From Paecilomyces variotii (Eukaryota), in assembly GCA_004022145.1 (NCBI GenBank), contig RCNU01000008.1: 64,000 bases of DNA, one strand, 5' to 3'. Positions 23,037 to 33,294 of the stretch are shown here, one piece after another. The translations under genes and the position numbers were made by a program. Positions within the stretch are counted from its first letter, which is position 1; each line of letters begins with the position of its first letter. A model generated the notes under the pieces. It was not told the origin of the DNA. It saw nothing but the letters and a program-made list of their open reading frames with translations, and searched no databases.

Positions 23037-24426
23037 TCAATTCAACAACTTGCCTCGAACGAAATGTTGGGATACCTGCCAAGCCTGCCCGATCCTGTGT
23101 GTGAACCCTCGCTGCCGATGACCAGACCACCATCCAACCTTTCCTTGTATCGTTTTCCCCAGTGAAGCACTTTCCGCCGAGATAGGCATCTCGGGGAACC
23201 AGTTTAGATGCCTATCTGCATCTTGGTCGTCAGGACGGTTTAGGCGATCCGTATTGGCCGAATCCTTGGCCTTAGCATCATCTCTGGTGGCTAGCCAAAT
23301 CTTGAGTTTGGTATCCGTAGGTATACTTCGATAGTTAGCAATATGATACTCAGGAACCGAGTCCAACTATGCCCACTTAGATAGAAAGAGTCATGAAGAA
23401 CCCCCAATTCCTGCGTGAGTACAGTACTAGCGAGTTCCTGTAGACAGTTTTTTGAGGCAGTTTCCTCTTTGTTTTCATCTGAAGAAGCGCAGATGTCGCT
23501 TTCTGGGCTCGGGTTTTCGATGTTAACGCGCACCTTCTTGCTCGTGACGCATTGTTTGATCTTGGCGGGAAACTGGAAGTTCTCCAGGTCCTTCGCAGAA
23601 GTACGTGGCATCCGCCACGACGGGTCAAACCAGTATAAGACGTGCAATAGGAGTTGCTTCACCTGGGGGCCGTACTTTTTGCACTCTTGATGAAACTGTG
23701 CAACGCTAGGGAGTGCAAGCTGATTCGCTGTACCGCGCGAGGCCAGACGTTCAAAGACTTCGCAGTACGCGTCGTCGGAGAGGAGGATTAGGAATCCGGG
23801 GCGTCGATAGTTAGGTATAATCCAACCCGGCGTAGTTATGGGCTTCGCCAATTTGGGCCACTGGACCTCGTCGTTGTCGCCATTTGAATCAAACTGGTCC
23901 GCATTGATCCCATACCAATTTCCCTTTTGCTAGTTATATCACAGGCAACAATAGCTTCGGAGCATTCTAAGCTCCTATCGTACGCGTCGGCATACGCTTG
24001 TTCAAGGTGGACAACCGATATTACTGGGTGAATATCCCAGTCGTCCGGGAGATCCAATTCGTATGTCAACCGTCCAACACGCCGTTTGATGTTAAACGGG
24101 CCCTTCATCACTGGTGAGAGTTTCGAGGATTGCAGTATCGTATAACCCGTAGATCCGGGGCGTCTGGTGAGGCGGACGTATACCTGGTCGTGTAGCAATG
24201 GAGGTTCATGATTATCATCGAATACTGCGGCCATCTTAGCCTGAACAAGGTCCATCGCATCCAATACTGCTGCACGTAGCTGCTCCCGTGTAGTAACAAA
24301 GTCATTGTCCGACGTGATCCCCGTTGGCAAAACGCGTGGTCGAACCCCATACAGCAGTTCAGTCGATAGTGGGAAAAGATGATTTTGTCGCCGTAACGGA
24401 GTCCGGGGCCTTAGCGAATTCGGCAA
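23037..24426 (-). mobile_element. Degenerate Ty3/gypsy (chromovirus-like) retrotransposon relic: integrase C-terminus plus chromodomain remnant, followed by frameshifted ORFs
   Basis: ORF 23836-24426 contains ELLYG, DQVYV and KLSPVMKGPFNIKRRVGRLTYELDLPDDWDIHPVISVVHLEQ (GPF/Y module). EAIV and a frameshifted W-Y-G follow. No RT, RNase H or LTRs were seen. Confidence 0.8.
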
Positions 24427-24513
24427 GACGACGGTTTCCCTTGCTTTTTGTACCTACGGAACTGTCGCTTCAACGTGCTGAGAGTGCTTGGAAGCCGTTT
24501 AATCGGACTGATA

Positions 24514-25602
24514 TCAGTGATGGTCTGTAGAATTTCGAGAAGGGAAGCATATTGAGATCGAGATATTCCAGTCTCTTCGCACCACAGGGCTAAAGAAATG
24601 AGAAAGGTTTAAAACGTTCTTCGAACGATATTGGTGGACTTCCTCCGAGATGTCTTCAGGTATCGGCGCAGCAGAATAGGGGTATTCCTCTAGCGTCCAT
24701 GACTTGAAAAGTTTGTAAAGCTGCTTCACGTACCGAATCAAAGGATCAAAGTTAACGGGATGTATATATTTAGGTTAACCTGCTGAGTTCATAGAGATAG
24801 GAATATTATTCTCCCGAAGCTCATCCTCAGAAGATGTTAGGATCTGTGCTTTCAGGGGTGTATATACTTATGGATAAGTCAGTCTTAAGGCATTTTCCAT
24901 TTCTGTGTAATGAACTCACCAGCGTCGTTGTCATCACCGATATAACCCCATCTAAGCGATGGGGCCATTCGCCAGTATAGCCATATTATCTTCCCACTTC
25001 TTCCTTGCAGCAGTTTCCATGTCTTTGAACAAGCGTTTGGTACGAGGTTATGAGTATAGAACGAAGATTTCTCTCTGAACGTTCAAACATTGGGTCATCA
25101 CGTCGTAGAAGGGGAAGGACGACTGCAGTGCCAAGGGCTTCTCTCGGGCGTCTTCGAAATACATATAGACTTTAAAGATGTCTATAGCACGATCCATCTC
25201 GTTGGCCCATTGCCAAACGAGATGGGGAAGAACAATAACGAGTTCAGGCTTGATATATGGTCTTGGAAACTCGCACTCAAGCATGCTCATTCGGGAAAAA
25301 TCGACTCAGTGAGAGGTTATCAATGTTGGTTACGCGGAGAGCACGCAAATGCTCTTGCTCTTGCTCCCAGTTGGAGGCCGAACAATGACGGTCCTTTCTT
25401 ATAAGGCTGCCTTTCTTCTTTGGTAACCTCTTTTCTTGGTCTCTCGCAGTTTCGTCCTCAACCCGCAGCGTGCTGTCACTGTGGCATTCTCGTGTCCGGT
25501 CGTATGTACTCAAGGAGCTGCTCTTTGGATGATGGCCGGATATGGCGGGAAAAGTCAACAGTGTCGGGGACGCTCTCACCTTGAAGAGAGATATAGAGAC
25601 AT
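24514..25602 (-). pseudogene. Decayed intron-containing gene, possibly related to the 21586 gene family
   Basis: Broken ORFs 25277-25708, 25048-25290, 24514-24741 with in-frame stops; canonical-looking intron GTGAGT..CTGAC..TAAG at 24919-24867; segment SASNWEQEQEHLRALRV. Confidence 0.45.
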
Positions 25603-26746
25603 GTTGTCGATATAGAGGTAATTCTTGGAGAAATGTAAATATATAACATTGTTGCAGCGACCTCCAAGAGAGTATAACTTTCCACGGAGCGAGCTTTAAT
25701 ATAATCACTCCACCGAGCGAATAAATTCCAAAAGAACAGATGCCGGCATAATATAGTGAATAAGTAGCACGATGTAACCTTTATAAGAGTTGTATTATAT
25801 CCATCGAAACAAGGGCGAAGATATTGGATAGAGCAGAAAGATCTTTGCTGCTATTGCTATATGATTTATATCCCAGATATACAATGAAAGACAGTATAGA
25901 TGCCTGTATGTTCAAGCGAAAGAGATCTGTGAGCCGCAAACTGAAGATATATATCTTCATGCGAGGAGGTCACTAAGTGCAAAAGAGTAGGGTAAGCCCC
26001 GCAAGGAACTCTCCAGCTAGTAGGGTATCTCCAAAAAGCCAGGTGAATAGCATCTCAGAAATAATTACGATGTGGCTTGTCAAAGGGAGAGGCTATTCAA
26101 TAGCATATAATACAATGAATGTAATATCCTATCTCCCTTTAAAGCTTTCCCTGGCCTATATTATTCACCCAGGTCTTTCACTGAGTACTCTCGACAGTTC
26201 ACTCTCCCAAGCAATCGGGAGATGCTTTTGATGAGCTTCATATCACTTGTGAATAAGAGGTCAGGTCGAATGGACTCGTACAGAACTGCCGCATCGCTTC
26301 ACTTGTAGATTTATGTCCGCGAAACTCTGTTAATGAATACATGTTCTATAGCTACCTACCTTGTTGGTTGAGATGACTACAATTCCCTTGCAGAAGCAAT
26401 TAATTCGGCTTGCTTTTGCTTGCCCTAAATATATGTATGCTTCAGCAGACAAGACAGGTGACGACGGAACCCTAATCAGGCCGACCCCTCGCTAAACCTG
26501 ATCGGGAAATATTCCCCAAACTTTACTCCGCCAAAGGTTTTCTTTGGAGCTTTCCAAGCCCATGATTATTAACTATTGTATGCGAGATTCAGACAACACC
26601 TGCAAGATCTAATTAGAGATTGAGACTCTCGCAGGGAACACGGAATAGAGGGGACCTGTTTATTGATTCTTCGCGTCTTTTTTTGTACATTCTTTTCTGG
26701 AAAATCCTCTTCTCCCCCTCCCTCGCAACCACCATCAACGTCCATC

Positions 26747-27904
26747 ATGGCCGACAAACTACAACGCCTACTCGCTACAACATTAGCTCTAACAGACGAA
26801 TTCCAATCCACACTCTCGACAACACCCGCTCTATCTTCTTCAGAAAAAGAACCAAACACCAAACCCACCGAAGGACCAGCACCACTCCCTCTTCTCTCCG
26901 CTTCAGCCACCGCGCTCAAAGCCCAAGTCACGAAACTTTCCCTCCTCGCGATCAATGCGCCGTTCACTCCATCTGCTGTCAACAGCGTTCTGTCCGCAAT
27001 TAACGAATCAGTCCTACCATCCCTACTTACTGCGGCGTTGTTGATTACCGATGCGGCGTATACGAAATCGTTCCGCGCGGAGGTCCACGCGCTTGTCAAG
27101 ACTCTTTTGAAGGAGCTTTCGGGGCTTATTGGCGACGTGAAGAATGTTGCGGATAAGAAGGACAGGGAGAAGAAGGGAGGGAAGAAAGAGGAGGAGCTTC
27201 CGCCGGCGGAGAAGGATAGTGTTGTAGTAGCGACTGGGAGGGTGTGGGATGCGTGTGATGTGGTTGTGGAGATTGCAGGGAAGGGTGTTGTTGGGTTCGT
27301 GATTAAGCGGGTTGAAGAGTGGCGCGATTTGGTGAAGGATGCAATTGGGGAGTTGGAAGAGTGGGATCCCAATGATGAGGAGGATGATGAGGATTGGGAT
27401 AATCTCATCAATGGTAGTGGTGATGATGATGATAAGTCCGAGGATGGTGACGAGGAGGAAGAAGAAGAAGATGCAGCGGCGTTGAACGAGCATAAGAAGA
27501 TGGCGCTCCGTGCACTCAAGCCCATCGCGGCAATCTATCCCGCCATCGTATCCAACCGACTGAAGAAGGGTGGTCTAGAGACCCTAGCCGACGTTCTCTT
27601 GCCGTCTTCACATCTTCGCGCACTCGAGACTTTGATGGCGGATCTACAGAGCATACCAGAGCACATTGACGAAGCTGCTGGGTCGTTGTATGAGGCAGAC
27701 ATCGAAAAGTCCTCTTCCTATCTACGCAAAGCTAAGGGACGGGCGGTTAAAGTTGTTCAGTCGTTAGTCTTGCCCTGGACGATGGCAGAGACAGAGGGAA
27801 CAGAAGCAAAGACTCCGGAGGAAGATAAGTTCAGCGTGTGGTCGAAGACCTGGTTGAAGGTTATAGAAGAAGTAATGCCGGCGCTAGATGAGACGACGAA
27901 ATAG
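26747..27904 (+). CDS. GCIP/CCNDBP1 (Grap2 and cyclin-D interacting)-like helical protein
   Basis: KAQVTKLSLL, ATGRVWDACD, DLVKDAIGELEEW, acidic DE tract and DEAAGSLYE; start at MADKLQ, about 385 aa. Confidence 0.7.
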   Translation: MADKLQRLLATTLALTDEFQSTLSTTPALSSSEKEPNTKPTEGPAPLPLLSASATALKAQVTKLSLLAINAPFTPSAVNSVLSAINESVLPSLLTAALLITDAAYTKSFRAEVHALVKTLLKELSGLIGDVKNVADKKDREKKGGKKEEELPPAEKDSVVVATGRVWDACDVVVEIAGKGVVGFVIKRVEEWRDLVKDAIGELEEWDPNDEEDDEDWDNLINGSGDDDDKSEDGDEEEEEEDAAALNEHKKMALRALKPIAAIYPAIVSNRLKKGGLETLADVLLPSSHLRALETLMADLQSIPEHIDEAAGSLYEADIEKSSSYLRKAKGRAVKVVQSLVLPWTMAETEGTEAKTPEEDKFSVWSKTWLKVIEEVMPALDETTK

Positions 27905-28240
27905 CCAGAGGACGAGCTTCAGACTCCCACAGGGTTCTATGATACCGGTCTCTAGAATTGACGACTGACGCGATTATTTTATTAACTCAGCATGAGCATC
28001 CTTCTGAATTGTGAGTAGAATTCAATAGAATTTATTATATATAGTTCCGAAATTTAGTATAAAATGGTACAGGATCGCCCGTGTCAGGCAAAAGGGCTAA
28101 TAGACACACAAGTATTGAAAGAATAAAGAATAATCGAATGCAAAGACCACCATGAATGCAGCCAACCCGAAAGGCCAGCTTTGACTTACAAAGAGCCTGT
28201 CAATTGCAGGACTGCGTGGTTTATGAGAACGGCCAATTTC

Positions 28241-31200
28241 TCAATACCCATCGTCGTCTGGCTGGATATCCTCTCCGTCGTTCACCCATTGCTCTAGCTC
28301 CTCAGTCGAGATCTGCCCCTTGAGCCATTCCAGAATAGCCTCCGTGCCCTTCAACACGGTCTGCCACCTCGGAACCTTGAACGTATTGCCCGTGACCTCG
28401 AATCTCTTCAATCCTGAACCACCGGTCCACTTGGGTCCAGAGGTTTCTGTTGCCAACAAGCCAATCTTGGGAGGAAGGAAGTTAATATCGTTATTGCTCA
28501 CGTCGAGGACTTGAAGTCCCTTGACGGCATCGAAATCGAGGCTGGAGAACTTGTTATCTGCTGCAAGTAAGGTGACGAGTTTGGGATACGTGTTACGGAG
28601 GGTGGGCAAGGCACCAGCCACACGGTTATTGGAGATGTTGAGAAATGTGAGAGACGGGGCGGATAGGTTCGATTCGAGACCCTCGAGTGAGGTGATGCCA
28701 GAGCCATTGATGTTGAGGTTCTGAAGATTGGGAAGGGAAATCGCCGCAGGAAACAGTTCCATAGTGTCCAAAGGATTTCTTGAGAGATCAAGGTCCGTCA
28801 AAGTCTGGGCCAGGAGACTAAGGGCTGGCACGGGGAAGTTTCGCAGCTTATTTCGCTGGAGATAAAGGAATCGGATGTCGTGAGAAGATGACAACTGCGC
28901 CAGATCCTCGGCTTTCAATTCAGTCATCTCACTTGAAGAACGGTCCAGGACGCCTCCAGGCTTGACCTTCCACGGACTCGCGCCGACGGGACTCTCTGGT
29001 GCAAGAGTGAATTCGGTCTTTACAGAGCCCTCATCTTCGTCCTCCGTGTCATGAGGCTCCGGGGCCAATCGACTGCGTAGATCATGTTTGAGATCTTCCG
29101 TGTTCATGCTCAAGAATCTCTTCTCGCGCAATGGGTTGTTCGCTATGCGGAAAGTGAAGAGGTTCTCCATTTGTCCAATTTTGTCATCCAATAGTCTAAT
29201 ATCATTGCCCGTCAGATCGACGTTTCTGAGATTTTGTAGCTCGACGAAACCTTCTGGAAGCGCGGTGATGCGATTATCCTCCGCTGACAGTGTTAGGAGT
29301 GCCTTCCAGGATGACACGTTTGGAAGAGTTGTTATACGGTTCACATCCAGCGAGAGAGTCTGCAAACTAGGCAGCTCCAGCACATCGCCGTCAGACAGTC
29401 TTTGCAACGTATTCCCGACCACGTTCAGGACTTGCAGTGACTCGAGTCGAGTAACCGAAGCCGGTATCAGGGCACCCTGAAGTTGATTCTTAGGAGCAAT
29501 CAATTCTGTCAGTGGGAGTCCGCTCAATATCTCGAAAGGTAGACGAGTTAATTGATTTTCTCCGACATTTAACACCTTGAGAGATGTCAACTCCTCCAGG
29601 CCATCAGGCAGATCCGTGAGTTTGTTACCATGCAGATCCAAGACCTCAAGGTTTCTCAAACGGCTGATGGCTGGCATCATAGTGCCCTCCAGGTTGTTAT
29701 TTGCTAGTTTCAGGTCCTTGAGCGTCTCGATCTCAGCAATAACACCTAGATCTTCCATGCTTAACTGATTGCTCGAAAGGTTCAGACTATGCAGTCGCTG
29801 CAACCTCCTCAGACCTATAGGTAGAGCATGCAATGCGTTTCCATGCAAGTCTAGCACTTCTAGGCCCCCAAATTGATTGCCTTTACTGTCATCCTCCATG
29901 TCAAAGCTCTCCGGATCGACATCCGGAAACGCAGCATCGGACAATTCCGTCAGTTCATTATCGGCTGCAATAAACTTCACAAGGTCCACATTTTCGAACC
30001 AGTCGTTAGAGCTGTTAGGGTCGAAGTCGTACATGGTCAGGACCTCCTTGGGAATCTCTTTGAGGTCCATCGCGGCGATATTCAGTGTACCCGAAGTACG
30101 AGCCGTGTCCACGCGCTTCCGAAGAAGCCCATTGTTCGGTTCTTTTGAACGAAGGTTAAACGGATCCTGCACTTCAGACCATGAGTCGTTGAGGGCTGTG
30201 TCAACATTGCTCTTCTTCGTGGCTTTCCTCGCTGCCTTCGCCTTTGCGATGCTGTCCCTTAATGCGCTGGAAGATTTGGAGACCTTTCGGGTTTCGGCTT
30301 CTTCCTTTTCCTCATGCACGCCCATATCTGAACCACCCGACGTAGCTGACGACGCTTTAGACACGGTTGAAGATGGAGATGTAAGATTCGACGAGAATAT
30401 TGATGATGTTTTCCTAGTTTTCTTGATCGCCAGAGGTCGGTTTGTCTGGTCGGTTTCCGTTTCTGCCGGTCCTTCAAAGGTTCCGTTGAGAGAAAGGCGT
30501 GACCGTGAGGGTTTCGATGTCAAGCTTCTAGTTGTACCATAGACGCTTGTTCTTGCCGGCACGGTTTCGGATCGTCTGTCAGACGTCGAGGTACCGGATA
30601 GTTGTGGCCTGGCTGGCTGTGATATGTTCCTCCCGGGAAGTCTTGTTGTCGTTGTCTTAGATGCAGGATCCCGGACAGGGCTAACAGAACTAGCAGATCT
30701 CTGAGAACCGGAGGAGCCTGGGGGACGAGATCCTGGAGCGAGCCGCATTGATGACGAGAGACGCGAAACAGACTCGTCTCTACTCTGTTGCCGTGATGAC
30801 GATCGTGATGGCGATCTCGAGTAATTGGTCATCGACGAGGCTGGACGTGAGGGAGGACGCATCGGGCTCTCCGCAGTGAAGAAACTAGACTTCCTCCTTA
30901 GAGAAGCTGGCGACGGTGGAATCTGGGAGAGCGTCTCTATGGTCCTATCCGACAACGAAGACACCGTATCTCTCTTCGGCCCTGGTGTCTCTGGTTCGTG
31001 AATGGAGCTAGTCTCCCAATCCGGTTGTTCTCCAGCGTCGACATCCTCCACCCCGAAGTTGCTCCCATAACTGGGGCGATAGGCGAGAGATGTCCTGTGT
31101 CTATTTGTTCTTTCCGCACCCTTGGTCGGGGATGATGGCCTCGGAAGAGGCTTTTTGAATAGGGTCTCTTCCGAAGGCCTGCGCAACCGCGCGACATTGA

Positions 31201-31339
31201 CGCCCGGGTCAGCCTGTAAGCGTTCCCTCGAGGGAGAAGGCCTGAGGTTCTTGGACGGCGATGTCGTTGGCACCGGGATTCTGGAGACTAATCGTGGAAT
31301 CGCACTGGGCGCCCGAAGCGGGGATCGCTGCCTGTCCAT
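28241..31339 (-). CDS. Leucine-rich repeat protein with disordered Ser/Arg/Pro N-terminus (LRRC40-like C-terminal part)
   Basis: Many LxxLxLxxNxL repeats (LEVLDLHGNAL, LHSLNLSSNQL, LRNVDLTGNDI); ends GNTFKVPR; single exon, 1032 aa. Confidence 0.9.
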   Translation of the reverse strand: MDRQRSPLRAPSAIPRLVSRIPVPTTSPSKNLRPSPSRERLQADPGVNVARLRRPSEETLFKKPLPRPSSPTKGAERTNRHRTSLAYRPSYGSNFGVEDVDAGEQPDWETSSIHEPETPGPKRDTVSSLSDRTIETLSQIPPSPASLRRKSSFFTAESPMRPPSRPASSMTNYSRSPSRSSSRQQSRDESVSRLSSSMRLAPGSRPPGSSGSQRSASSVSPVRDPASKTTTTRLPGRNISQPARPQLSGTSTSDRRSETVPARTSVYGTTRSLTSKPSRSRLSLNGTFEGPAETETDQTNRPLAIKKTRKTSSIFSSNLTSPSSTVSKASSATSGGSDMGVHEEKEEAETRKVSKSSSALRDSIAKAKAARKATKKSNVDTALNDSWSEVQDPFNLRSKEPNNGLLRKRVDTARTSGTLNIAAMDLKEIPKEVLTMYDFDPNSSNDWFENVDLVKFIAADNELTELSDAAFPDVDPESFDMEDDSKGNQFGGLEVLDLHGNALHALPIGLRRLQRLHSLNLSSNQLSMEDLGVIAEIETLKDLKLANNNLEGTMMPAISRLRNLEVLDLHGNKLTDLPDGLEELTSLKVLNVGENQLTRLPFEILSGLPLTELIAPKNQLQGALIPASVTRLESLQVLNVVGNTLQRLSDGDVLELPSLQTLSLDVNRITTLPNVSSWKALLTLSAEDNRITALPEGFVELQNLRNVDLTGNDIRLLDDKIGQMENLFTFRIANNPLREKRFLSMNTEDLKHDLRSRLAPEPHDTEDEDEGSVKTEFTLAPESPVGASPWKVKPGGVLDRSSSEMTELKAEDLAQLSSSHDIRFLYLQRNKLRNFPVPALSLLAQTLTDLDLSRNPLDTMELFPAAISLPNLQNLNINGSGITSLEGLESNLSAPSLTFLNISNNRVAGALPTLRNTYPKLVTLLAADNKFSSLDFDAVKGLQVLDVSNNDINFLPPKIGLLATETSGPKWTGGSGLKRFEVTGNTFKVPRWQTVLKGTEAILEWLKGQISTEELEQWVNDGEDIQPDDDGY

Positions 31340-33294
31340 CGTGTTTCGATAGCGGGATTGCCTTGACCGTTTGACAGTCCGAGAGTTTGTAGTTGTCTAG
31401 AACGTGAGCCCCAAGAAGCGCAATCAAGTTAGTCTGATGGATATCCCATATCGCGGCAGGATCCCTCAAAAGATGGTGACCAAAGAAAGACCGGTGGAGA
31501 GCTGTGTTCGCGTGCGCTCCAAACCGTACGCTTCTTTCAAGGTTTGAGAAGCTCGAATGAAGTCAGCATTGACGAGAGCTTTAACGTAGTTCGTTGCGGT
31601 GCGTTCTTATTGTTTACCCCCCTGTTCCTCCGAGCAAGAAGTTTGGGCCCACGGTTCACTCAGGGCGCTATCTGGTGGATTAACTAAGCAGGGTAAATCT
31701 TTCTCAGTTAGCTTCACTTTTGGAGTATAAACTACGAAGGTACGTACTCCAGTCATCTTTGATCTTGACACTTGAGGCTGATAGCCACTCTCCTAATATT
31801 GACGGCCATAGTTGAGGGCGATTCTTTGACCGCAGAGTCGGCGGGTGATCGAGCCGGAACAGGTATTCATTACTGCTCTTTCAAAAATAGTACCAACTGC
31901 TACCCTAGAAGGCGCACATCTTTGTCAAACCCTGTAATGTATAACTACAAAGCATGTAGTGGGTTATCTGTATGTATGTACCATTTCCCAGGACACAGTC
32001 TCGAGTGCTAGTCATTATTAACTAACGCCTGTGACTATGGATACAACAAAGGAAAGGTGCGTGTGGACTACCTAATGTATCTGCACCCTTGTGTCCCCAT
32101 AAGTAGGTATTTATTATAATTCTCCGTGATCCTTGGACCCATTTGAGCCCATTATATCTGGCTAAGAAACCGGTCCAAAATAGAATCAACTGTGCTGCAG
32201 CAATCCCTCTTTCTAGTGACCCACGTGTGGCTTTAGTTATCCCTCGAGTCCAGGACCACGCGATACTTAGCCGGTTGACGGGAAGATAGACAGATGGTTG
32301 ATTCTGCATTGACCAGCATCCGCACTGGGATCATAGCCAGCTGCCAAGCCAACTTTGTAGAAATGTTAACTTAGACGAGGTAATTTGTATATGGTCTATC
32401 TATACTCAACTCGACCAGAAGAACTTGCTCTCTAGAGTCTAGAGTGTCACTAAGACCGTCAGCAACCTTGGAAGCTGAACAATCTCCTGCAGTTCACAGC
32501 AATCGAGCCAGTAACGAATCGACCCAATGCGTCTCAGCCCAACGAGGAGTCGTCAACACAGGGCGATCCGATCGTCCAGCCCTGCAGAAGAACGAGACGA
32601 GAGAACCAGCCACATCAAGGACTGTAAATGGAAAACTCCTTGCGGCGTTGCCCTGCGCAACTGGGCTGTTTTGGCCTGGCAGGGCTGACTCAGCCGCTCC
32701 CCGCTGTCCCGATCGGGTATAGCCGCATTCCGGGCTCACGTGGTTGCGGGTGGTTGGCGCTGGTTGGTTGTGGTTGGGCTGACAGACACAGCCAGGAACT
32801 CCCCAGCCTCCTCGTCGACTCCGCAGCTCGCGCAGTCCTTAAGGCATCGTCACTCCGCGCCATCTTCCTCCCCCTCTTCTCTTCATTCCTCACGCCCTTG
32901 CGATTCCATAGCAGCTTCATACCGATTCCTCGCGCTCTCTGCTTGCCATTGACGCGCTGTCCGTGTCGGTCGCTGCGATTGTCTGCCCCAGACCCGTCCT
33001 ATCAGCGATAAGCGGTGTCGCCATCACGAGCTCCGAAGCCAACCGTCGTGGTTCGAACCACGTCATTGCCAGTCAATCTCGAGCTCACACGATTCTTTGG
33101 GGCGCGTCGCGCAGCGTGTTCAGAGTATCTGGCAACTGAGTCATTCTCTGTTCTGTTGCGCTGGACTCGGGAATTTGCTCCTGTCCGTCCTCTCCCATTC
33201 TCACCACCACCAAGGTACGTTCCGGACTCCCTCCCTTGGTAGACTCTACCCTGACGCAGAAATGCTGACACAGAGAGGCAGTCATCCCTTCGAT

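Noticed and set aside
26569..27525. 318-aa antisense ORF (and similar ones, e.g. 50051-50809, 29877-30542)
   Set aside because: Shadow frames opposite real, codon-biased or low-complexity genes.
33097..33294. N-terminal extension of the 559-aa ORF, and any oxidoreductase label for it
   Set aside because: The extension starts at a non-ATG codon and spans a likely UTR intron. The protein has no Rossmann/FAD motif.
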